From the IMG/VR virus record IMGVR_UViG_3300021963_005267, positions 42,584-106,583 of that record: a stretch of DNA of 64,000 bases. One strand, 5' to 3'. The stretch's first letter is position 1. The number at the start of each line of letters is the position of its first letter. The position numbers and the translations under genes were made by a program. Below are positions 57,091 to 64,000 of the stretch, piece by piece. The notes below the pieces were generated by a model. It was given only the letters and a program-made list of their open reading frames with translations, had not been told where the DNA came from and did not search any database. The stretch is from a virus.

Positions 57091-57350
57091 CAGACGGTAA
57101 ACAAGTAATGGAAAAAATAGCACACAAAAAAATTGGTGCTATGATGATGGAAAATGATAAGTTGATGCAGATACTGCAAGACTATCATATAGTGAGGTTA
57201 GAACAGGACGACGACTTCAATGATAAATTATCCTGGTGCATGGAACACTGTCAACAGAAATTCCGTGACATAAGAGAAGATGATTGCCGTGCTTGGTATT
57301 TTCAAAACGAACAAGATGCTACAATGTTTGCATTGAAATGGAGTAAATGA
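57087..57350 (+). CDS. Small protein, same family
   Basis: FQNEQDATMFALKWS. Confidence 0.7.
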   Translation: MTDGKQVMEKIAHKKIGAMMMENDKLMQILQDYHIVRLEQDDDFNDKLSWCMEHCQQKFRDIREDDCRAWYFQNEQDATMFALKWSK

Positions 57351-57619
57351 TGTATGTATATTCGGATGATTGGAAGAAATTCAAACCTCCTGATGAAGTG
57401 TTACAGCAATGTTATCAAATATTGATAACGGACGACGAATCAAAACGTGCAGGAATGCCATTCTGGAAAATAAAGAAATGGTGTTTAGAACATACAGAAA
57501 GCTTTGTTTGGATGGATGTTACTGATGTTAGCGACGCTAGCTATCATTGGGATGAAATCGCTGCCTATTATTTTCTTAAAGAATCAGATAAGATGTTGGT
57601 TGCATTAAAATTTAAATGA
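57347..57619 (+). CDS. Small protein, same family (divergent)
   Basis: WCLEH...FLKESDKMLVALKF. Confidence 0.65.
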   Translation: MMYVYSDDWKKFKPPDEVLQQCYQILITDDESKRAGMPFWKIKKWCLEHTESFVWMDVTDVSDASYHWDEIAAYYFLKESDKMLVALKFK

Positions 57620-57646
57620 TGTTATAGTTATTGAAGTTAACAACAT

Positions 57647-58105
57647 TTGGATTCAATGATGTACGACGAAGATCAATACGAAGCATTTGCTAAAGAAATG
57701 GAAACACGACATCCTGAGATGTTTAAAAATGCCTACGGTGGATTTGCTGTAGGTGCAGGATGGTGGCCTATCCTACAAGAACTCTGTAGGCAAATAGATT
57801 CTTATACACAATGGCGCAATAAAACACGCGAGTCATTGCTCAAAGACAACCCTCACGATCATCCCATCCCTGATGCAGTTCCTCAGGTAACTGTTGCACA
57901 GATCAAAGAGAAGTTCGGCGGTTTGCGTTTTTACTACGACGGTGGGGACGAACATATTAGCGGAATGGTGCGTATGGCAGAAATATGGGCCGGTCACTCT
58001 TGTGAAGAATGTGGTAAGCCGGGCAAACAACGCAGTGGCGGATGGATTAAAACTTTGTGTGATGAACACGAAATCGCACGTCAACAGAAGTATAGGAATC
58101 AATAA
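57647..58105 (+). CDS. Hypothetical phage protein with C-terminal Zn-finger
   Basis: QIKEKFGGLRFY; CEECG...TLCDEH. Confidence 0.75.
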   Translation: MDSMMYDEDQYEAFAKEMETRHPEMFKNAYGGFAVGAGWWPILQELCRQIDSYTQWRNKTRESLLKDNPHDHPIPDAVPQVTVAQIKEKFGGLRFYYDGGDEHISGMVRMAEIWAGHSCEECGKPGKQRSGGWIKTLCDEHEIARQQKYRNQ

Positions 58106-58506
58106 TGAAGATCGGTTTTAGTCTTGGTCGTTGCATCCGTGACATTGTCAACGAAGAAGTTTCTGTTGACGATGTTGCATTCCTTATCACTGCTACAAAC
58201 ATTAAAACTGAAGAACAAATAGACAATGTGATCAGTGTCTACATGGGAGAACCAGGATATCTCTTAGGATTAGATTTTGAAAAGTGTAAAGAAGTAGCAC
58301 ATATACTGTGGGATAGTAATAGAATTATTCAACCTCGAGCCCAAGGTATGCATCGTCATATGCAACCCGAAAGCTCAATTTGGGTCGACATGTTTCCCAC
58401 GACACTGAGTGAAAATGAATCTGTTAAGAAATCCTGGGATGCTTATAGATTTATGTTGCACATGGTAGAGAATGTCGACACCGAATCAATGGAGGCATTT
58501 AAGTGA
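58105..58506 (+). CDS. Hypothetical phage protein
   Basis: 133-aa coupled ORF. Confidence 0.7.
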   Translation: MKIGFSLGRCIRDIVNEEVSVDDVAFLITATNIKTEEQIDNVISVYMGEPGYLLGLDFEKCKEVAHILWDSNRIIQPRAQGMHRHMQPESSIWVDMFPTTLSENESVKKSWDAYRFMLHMVENVDTESMEAFK

Positions 58507-58796
58507 TCAGTTTTAGTTTTAACATACGCAATCCCTGGAGTGATCGTTGGGAATGTATTAAGACCTGGGCAGGTGACACTCCCTTCAAGAATAAGTTTTG
58601 GGAAGCACAAGTCGACCGTACCAGCGATGTGATAGGTTTGGAATTCCGATACACCATCCGACAAGACCATGCAGGACTGTATGTGTCTTTAGCATTATTT
58701 GGTTATGACGTAATTTTTAACATCTATGATAGTCGCCACTGGAATGATGAAGCTGGTCGCTATTATATCTACAACGAAGAAAAGGAAATGCATTAA
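58503..58796 (+). CDS. Hypothetical phage protein
   Basis: 97-aa coupled ORF. Confidence 0.65.
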   Translation: MISFSFNIRNPWSDRWECIKTWAGDTPFKNKFWEAQVDRTSDVIGLEFRYTIRQDHAGLYVSLALFGYDVIFNIYDSRHWNDEAGRYYIYNEEKEMH

Positions 58797-59030
58797 ATGA
58801 GTATCGAACAATCATCAGTGTTTTTAGCAGGCAGCATCTTAACTATGTTAGGATTTATTGTTCTTGTTATCGGTATCGTAGTAATTAATAACATACTATC
58901 TAAATACTGGAAACCTGTAAAATTGTTTACTCCTGATAGTTGGAAGGCATTTAACCCTCCGCCTCACGAGTATGCAGATAAGATTTCTCCATCGTTTGAA
59001 GAATCTACAAAGGAAGTTAACAAGAAATGA
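58797..59030 (+). CDS. Small membrane protein
   Basis: N-terminal TM helix. Confidence 0.65.
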   Translation: MSIEQSSVFLAGSILTMLGFIVLVIGIVVINNILSKYWKPVKLFTPDSWKAFNPPPHEYADKISPSFEESTKEVNKK

Positions 59031-59398
59031 CATCACTAGACATCATCCTTGTATTATCTCTTTTAGGAATCAAACACTTTTTTGCTGACTTTGTTTGGCA
59101 GTTTGATTACATGGTCCGTGAAAAAGGTTATTACGGACAACGGGGAGGCATCGATCATAGTCTAATCCACGCTGTACTTACATTGTTTGTTTTAGTTCCA
59201 TTTGCAGGAACCTTTGACGCCTTTATTCTAGCTATGCTAGATGGCATAGTTCACTATCACATTGATTGGGCCAAGATGACCATTAATCGAAACAAAGACC
59301 TATCTCCTGAAGATAGAGAATTTTGGATTTGGTTAGGCTTAGATCAAATGGCACACTTTTTAACTTACGTAGGCGTTGTTGCAATTCTAATCCTTTGA
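59027..59398 (+). CDS. DUF3307-like membrane protein
   Basis: KHFFADF..Q, HYHIDWAK, DQMAH. Confidence 0.8.
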   Translation: MTSLDIILVLSLLGIKHFFADFVWQFDYMVREKGYYGQRGGIDHSLIHAVLTLFVLVPFAGTFDAFILAMLDGIVHYHIDWAKMTINRNKDLSPEDREFWIWLGLDQMAHFLTYVGVVAILIL

Positions 59399-59413
59399 CA
59401 GTATAATAATGTC

Positions 59414-59875
59414 ATGAAAAAGATTTTCTACGAAAAGAAAGGTCGCAGATATGTTCCAGTAATGGAATATGACAATGATCTTTTGGACAGCTTCACTAAA
59501 GGTACTCATCTAGTGCAGGTGTACCCGGGTGGCAGTAGTAGAAGGTATAATATTGATCCTGCATATGCTCCAATGATAGCCGCAGGTCGTGTAGCCGAAG
59601 ATGCTATCAGCACTGCTGTAATGAAAGCTACAGAAGTGCGACCGAAGCGTAAGGCTATGACTCAGGAAGAAATTGATGCTTGGAACAACCTCATAGAAGT
59701 TTGGGGTGAAGAAGCTCGTAGTCTTATCCGGCCCTGTGCTCGGGATGTTGCCGAAGCAGGGGTCAAGGCAATGATGGAAGAAGCAGAAAAGCTTTTAGAA
59801 CACGAAGGTGTTCGCAAGGCATACGATCATTTTATTTTGATGTGTGAACTTACTAAGGAGCAAGAACGTGTTTAA
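59414..59875 (+). CDS. Hypothetical phage protein
   Basis: 153-aa ORF. Confidence 0.7.
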   Translation: MKKIFYEKKGRRYVPVMEYDNDLLDSFTKGTHLVQVYPGGSSRRYNIDPAYAPMIAAGRVAEDAISTAVMKATEVRPKRKAMTQEEIDAWNNLIEVWGEEARSLIRPCARDVAEAGVKAMMEEAEKLLEHEGVRKAYDHFILMCELTKEQERV

Positions 59876-60134
59876 GGAAATCGTTAATTTCGTACAGTGG
59901 CAGTGGAACAAGTACGAATTCTGGCAAAAATGTTTTGTTGCCAGTTCTGCCTTTTTCGGTGCTGCTCTTGTTGCGCCTGCACCCTACGGACAGTATCTTT
60001 CTTTTGTGCCAATGTGCGTAATATTTTCATTTATGACCAAGTGGCTAGTTTGGGACGGAGCCAAGGCTCAGTGGAAGAAATACAAAGAAGAGAAAGAAAA
60101 CCTTTTTACAACTATCAAAGAAAGTGACAAATGA
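59844..60134 (+). CDS. Small membrane protein
   Basis: Two hydrophobic segments; the start may be GTG at 59868. Confidence 0.55.
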   Translation: MNLLRSKNVFKEIVNFVQWQWNKYEFWQKCFVASSAFFGAALVAPAPYGQYLSFVPMCVIFSFMTKWLVWDGAKAQWKKYKEEKENLFTTIKESDK

Positions 60135-60730
60135 TTAGTATCAAACAATGGATGGAAATCTGCAACTATCGCATAACTGAAGGTAGCGATTATCAGTGGC
60201 AGTGCTTTGGATATAATGCATACCGCCTAGACAGCTGGAACGGTGATCAGGAAGGTCACACTATCAGTATCCTCTTTGATACTAAGACGCAAGAGGTATA
60301 TCAGGTAGAAGCATTTGACTATGCTCGCGAACGTGCATATCGTATGACCAACCCCGATTACAAAAAAGAATTTGACAGTGAGTGTGAAGATCGCGAAATC
60401 TTAGATTGTGCCTGGGAACGAGATGATGGTACTCCTGTAAACTATGTCGATCTAGATGTGGATGAAGATTTTATAGAAAAAGCAACAGCTATTATTAACG
60501 ATGAAGATTACGATACTCGTGTTAGAGTACCAGTAGACTTCACAGACGACGAACTTTTGACTTACATGAAAATGGCACACGACCGTGACATGACATTTAA
60601 TCAATTTGTAGAAGAAGCGTTAAGAGCTACAATCGAACAGTATCGAGATGAACAAGAGTTAATCAACGAACTCGAGATTGAAGAGACAGTAGAAAAAAAC
60701 AAAAAACGTAAAAAAGGAAAAAACAAATGA
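60131..60730 (+). CDS. Hypothetical phage protein with C-terminal RHH-like segment
   Basis: MAHDRDMTFNQFVEEALR. Confidence 0.65.
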   Translation: MISIKQWMEICNYRITEGSDYQWQCFGYNAYRLDSWNGDQEGHTISILFDTKTQEVYQVEAFDYARERAYRMTNPDYKKEFDSECEDREILDCAWERDDGTPVNYVDLDVDEDFIEKATAIINDEDYDTRVRVPVDFTDDELLTYMKMAHDRDMTFNQFVEEALRATIEQYRDEQELINELEIEETVEKNKKRKKGKNK

Positions 60731-61014
60731 CCACAATGATTTGGAAGATGCCTGTTAGGCAAGAACCCGTAGTTCAAGTACACGTACCTAAAGGCGCTGT
60801 GTTTATCTCTGCTGATTTCCAGGGAGACGAGATCTATACCTATGCTATCGTAGAGGCAGAATCTCAGGATACTGAAAATCGTACTTTTAAAGTCGCTAAA
60901 ACAAATGAAGCTATCGACCTTAATGGACATTGGTTATTCGTAGCCACTTGCCAAAAAGGTGAAGAAGAATTCCATCTGTTCGTAGACGACACACGAATGA
61001 AAGACCCAGAATAA
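60727..61014 (+). CDS. Hypothetical phage protein
   Basis: 95-aa coupled ORF. Confidence 0.65.
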   Translation: MTTMIWKMPVRQEPVVQVHVPKGAVFISADFQGDEIYTYAIVEAESQDTENRTFKVAKTNEAIDLNGHWLFVATCQKGEEEFHLFVDDTRMKDPE

Positions 61015-61088
61015 TTAAACTTTGGTTATTGGCGGTAGTGCTAATGTTAACGTAGAAAAATAATAGACTATATTTCAAAGGTGGATAA

Positions 61089-61214
61089 ATGGTATTCGAA
61101 GTAGTGTTGTGGGGATTTTTATCAGCGTTCGGGTGGTGGGGTGCTCAACACTATGTTATTGAACCCTACTTTCCTCCTCCGATAGAAAAGAAAACAGATA
61201 AGAAGGCAGAATGA
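61089..61214 (+). CDS. Small membrane peptide (41 aa)
   Basis: MVFEVVLWGFLSAFGWWGAQHYV...; stop overlaps the next ATG. Confidence 0.5.
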   Translation: MVFEVVLWGFLSAFGWWGAQHYVIEPYFPPPIEKKTDKKAE

Positions 61215-61687
61215 AACTATTTGGACGCACAGGCGGTTACTGGTTGTTCTGGACAGGAGTCATTTACCTTGTATTTGGCTTACCTGTTGCCTTATACTTC
61301 AAAGACATACCAACACCACTGATACAACTAGTTTGGTTAGTGGCGCTGGCCCTGCCTTTTGCGATTCCACCATTTGGCCGTTGGCTTAACTTAGATGTAG
61401 AATGGGATAGAAAAATGTTAGATTGGCTTAAGAAAAAACCTAGCAATGTAATTCCGTTTCCTGAACAAAAGGAAACCACAGAGTACGGTGGTGGGAGTTA
61501 CGTGCCCCCAGAACCAAAGAAACCTCCTGTAACCTACTACACTCTAGGAATGACCAGTGAGAATCGTGTAGAATTCAAAATGGGTTACAGCGCCATTACA
61601 ATGAATCATGACGGGCTGGTTAACTTAATGGAACAACTCGAAGTCTTTCGCAAACAACTCGCTGAATATGAGGGTATTGAAGAATGA
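61211..61687 (+). CDS. Membrane protein
   Basis: Two N-terminal TM helices. Confidence 0.65.
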   Translation: MKLFGRTGGYWLFWTGVIYLVFGLPVALYFKDIPTPLIQLVWLVALALPFAIPPFGRWLNLDVEWDRKMLDWLKKKPSNVIPFPEQKETTEYGGGSYVPPEPKKPPVTYYTLGMTSENRVEFKMGYSAITMNHDGLVNLMEQLEVFRKQLAEYEGIEE

Positions 61688-61866
61688 GCGGACGTGGTGT
61701 TATAATGCAAGAGCCAGAACAGTTCTGTGAACTGTGTGGCAAGTTAGATGAATGTCGGCCATATGGTCCTAACGATGAACAAATCTGTTTTGATTGTGCC
61801 ATGAAGGATGACGAATCTAAAGCAATCGCAGAAAAGAAAATGGCAGCATATATTTTTGGAGAATAA
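61684..61866 (+). CDS. Small Zn-finger protein
   Basis: CELC...RPYG...ICFDC. Confidence 0.7.
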   Translation: MSGRGVIMQEPEQFCELCGKLDECRPYGPNDEQICFDCAMKDDESKAIAEKKMAAYIFGE

Positions 61867-61941
61867 GCGTCTATCGCCAAATGGAAAGGCAGGGGCCTCT
61901 AAAACCTCTATGCGTGGGTTCGATTCCCACTGGACGCACCA
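61867..61941 (+). tRNA. tRNA with CUA anticodon (amber suppressor)
   Basis: GCGTCTA/TGGACGC acceptor stem with ACCA, GCC/GGC D-stem, loop CT-CTA-AA, GTGGG-TTCGATT-CCCAC T-arm. Confidence 0.85.
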
Positions 61942-61960
61942 AATACAGTTATAAATAAAA

Positions 61961-62057
61961 TGCCGGACCTGTAACCATACTCCGGCTCCGCTGACGCGAA
62001 AACAGGATGGGCTGCGCTCACGGGGTTGATAGTTTCCCGACACAACAAAACTATCAC
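61961..62057 (+). ncRNA. Candidate pseudoknotted RNA after a TATAAATA promoter
   Basis: GCCGGA/TCCGGC, CCGcTGAcGCG/CGCTCACGG, TGATAGTTT/AAACTATCA; loop-loop CCTGT/ACAGG and CCAT/ATGG. Confidence 0.6.
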
Positions 62058-62077
62058 ATAACTTAAAGGAAAATAAA

Positions 62078-62653
62078 ATGAAATAGATTGAATATGCATG
62101 TAAGGACATAGTGTTCCATTTTAACAAAAAACACTTAGAAGATCAGACCATTCCCATGTGGGTCTTAAAATTCCATGGCGAAACTCTTTATGTGAATCAC
62201 GTCGATTGTTCTGTTCCTTGGAGTACCAAAGAAACACCAGATAACAATCATACTAAAGGTAGCATCAAAGTCAAAGATGTGCTGTTGCAGATCAGTGATA
62301 CTAACGAAGCTACAATTTCAAATCTCACTCTAATAGACAAATACAGACTTCGTAATCAAAAGTTGGGTATCACACGAGTGATGTTTAGACCGAGTACTAA
62401 GTTTCATAAGGCGCTACAGGCGAATGAATTTAAGCACAGTCCTTTTAAAACTATATACGGTCGTTGTAGTAGTCCGTTTATCATTTGTGATCTATTAAAC
62501 AAATCGGAAATTACTTTAGCTGCTCTCAAGTACACCAATGACTTTCGTATAGTACAACCTAACGAAACTTATTTCCAACAGTATGATGAGATCAAAGGTG
62601 ATAATATTCCAGTAGATTATGGACATCCTAGCACACCGTTTGAATATAGTTAA
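62078..62653 (+). CDS. Hypothetical protein with an in-frame TAG at codon 3 (amber read-through candidate)
   Basis: AAAGGA SD, ATG AAA TAG ATT GAA TAT GCA TGT AAG GAC ATA GTG, in frame with ORF 62111..62653. Confidence 0.7.
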
Positions 62654-62719
62654 GGATAAAAAATAATCTCCGTCCGATTCTCTTGTGTAAATACAATCAC
62701 TTGAAAAGAAAGGATAATA

Positions 62720-62953
62720 ATGTCAACAGCTAAAGAAATAACTGACCAGTTAATAGACAGAGCAAAAGCAGCTAAAAAATTCGATCTCAAATTACGAGTA
62801 CACGAAAATTGGATGCCTTGCGGAGTAGTTCCATTTGATATACACATCAAAGATGGAATAGCCACTGTTTCTGTCATAGCTCAAAGTTTAGAAGAAGCTC
62901 AATTTCAAGTGTCATTATTCATGGAATCGGACGATTGGATCTCTGATAAGTAA
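62720..62953 (+). CDS. Hypothetical protein
   Basis: AAGGA SD; 77 aa. Confidence 0.65.
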   Translation: MSTAKEITDQLIDRAKAAKKFDLKLRVHENWMPCGVVPFDIHIKDGIATVSVIAQSLEEAQFQVSLFMESDDWISDK

Positions 62954-62976
62954 TGTTAGCACATTAAGAGGATCCT

Positions 62977-63537
62977 GTGAAAAACTTCAATGAATTTAAT
63001 GCGGGCGATCGCGTTGAGGTTAAACTTCTAGAAAATTCGGTACATTTTCTTGTTGGCGAAATTTCAGAAGATAATATCAGCGAGTGTATAAAATGGATAG
63101 TCTATGAAAATCTAGACACCAGCAAACAAAAGATCCTAACACTGTATATCAACTCAACTGGCGGCAATCTTTACGATGCATTTGCCCTCATCGATGTGAT
63201 GAGATCTAGCACACATCAAATCCGAACGATTGGTATAGGAGCAGTAATGAGTGCAGCATTCCTTATATTTGCCGCTGGACATCAGGGTGAACGATATGCT
63301 GCTCGTAACACCAGCTATATGTGTCATCAATTTACAGAAAGTATGCACGACAAATATCACGACCTCAAGGCCACTATGCGAGAGAACGATCTCTGCAATC
63401 AAAAAATGATCAACATATTACGGGATTCAACAGGCTTGACAGCAAGTAAAATCAAAGTTAAACTACTACCAGCGAGCGATGTATACCTTAAGGCAGACGA
63501 ACTCATCGAGCTAGGCGTAGCGGATCACATCCTGTAA
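62977..63537 (+). CDS. clpP: ClpP-family protease subunit
   Basis: [25 protein letters not shown]. Confidence 0.85.
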   Translation: MKNFNEFNAGDRVEVKLLENSVHFLVGEISEDNISECIKWIVYENLDTSKQKILTLYINSTGGNLYDAFALIDVMRSSTHQIRTIGIGAVMSAAFLIFAAGHQGERYAARNTSYMCHQFTESMHDKYHDLKATMRENDLCNQKMINILRDSTGLTASKIKVKLLPASDVYLKADELIELGVADHIL

Positions 63538-63542
63538 TAAAT

Positions 63543-63758
63543 ATGGCTAAAGAATCAGTTTTAAAAATCTCAGGCACCATCACCGAAGTTTTACCTAACA
63601 CTACATACAGAGTGAAGTTAGAAACTGGAACAGAAATATTCGCTTATACCAGCGGAAAAATGCGCCAACATAATATTAAGATTTTGTTAGGCGATCAGGT
63701 ATCACTGGAGCTCAGCCCTTATGACCTTACTAAAGGAAGAATTGTTTACAGAAAATGA
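63543..63758 (+). CDS. infA: Translation initiation factor IF-1
   Basis: MAKE...EVLPN...SGKMR...[21 protein letters not shown]. Confidence 0.96.
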   Translation: MAKESVLKISGTITEVLPNTTYRVKLETGTEIFAYTSGKMRQHNIKILLGDQVSLELSPYDLTKGRIVYRK

Positions 63759-64000
63759 AATAATTGATCCTAACAAGGTCATAGAATTTCTTGACGGACG
63801 ATTGAAATCTGTTAAGTTTATGAGTTCAGAAGATCTTATACTCATACTAGCAGAAATGCTGCCCACCAAATCTGGAATTAAAGTTTCGTATAGACGATCA
63901 AAAGCATTAGTTGATTGTTTTGGAATCAATGGATATTTTGATTCAGAAGTTAAAAAAGATATCGAAATAGAAGTTTGCTGTTCTAGTTACAAAAAGAAAA
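63742..64000 (+). CDS. Hypothetical protein, 3'-truncated by the window edge
   Basis: AAAGGA SD, TTG start, frame open to the window end. Confidence 0.45.
   Translation, partial: MFTENEIIDPNKVIEFLDGRLKSVKFMSSEDLILILAEMLPTKSGIKVSYRRSKALVDCFGINGYFDSEVKKDIEIEVCCSSYKKK

Noticed and set aside
61867-61941. Reading the tRNA as tRNA-Arg(TCT)
   Set aside because: That register puts C at the invariant U33 and leaves two G.A mismatches in the anticodon stem; the CTA register keeps U33 and 4 of 5 pairs.
61744-62127. Minus-strand ORFs 61744-62127 and 61908-62099
   Set aside because: They are antisense to the tRNA and structured RNA, with no protein-like features.
1-64000. Genome-wide TAG reassignment (alternative genetic code)
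   Set aside because: Long conserved genes are intact in the standard code with no internal TAG, and coding density is already high; only one local in-frame TAG was found.
1-64000. Bacterial chromosome origin, suggested by dnaK, aceA, guaC, rpsU and infA
   Set aside because: These genes lack their usual operon neighbours and are interspersed with virion-type and orphan ORFs carrying T4-like late motifs.
1-64000. CRISPR array, transposase/IS, intron or intein
   Set aside because: No regularly spaced direct repeats or transposase motifs were seen; nrdA, nrdB and dnaK are of normal length and uninterrupted. The PD-(D/E)XK nuclease has no cas context.

Overview
This window is a gene-dense, mostly + strand segment of a large tailed dsDNA phage (T4-like/jumbo type), not a cellular chromosome. 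The basis is many short orphan ORFs, virion-type genes (tail-fibre-like, PAAR), nrdAB, recurrent TAAATA/TATAAATA late-promoter motifs, and isolated host-like genes without their operons. The host is inferred to be a proteobacterium, probably a betaproteobacterium. Host-like genes include aceA, a fatty-acid desaturase, ahpC-ahpD, guaC, dnaK, hsp20, clpS, clpP, rpsU, infA, heme oxygenase plus a bilin reductase, and an APS-kinase fusion next to a sulfotransferase-like gene. A curli-type secretion locus (csgF, csgG, curlin-repeat proteins) is joined to FecR and a CHASE2 adenylate cyclase. Elements missing from the ORF track: a permuted two-piece tmRNA, a stand-alone pqqA, an entericidin-like lipoprotein, a probable -1 frameshift extension, twin RNA-thermometer-like leaders and three candidate structured RNAs. 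The most striking element is at 61.9-62.7 kb: an amber-suppressor tRNA(CUA), then a late promoter and a pseudoknotted RNA, then a gene whose Shine-Dalgarno-supported ATG is followed by an in-frame TAG at codon 3, in a genome that otherwise reads in the standard code. All calls come from reading motifs by eye; no searches were run.
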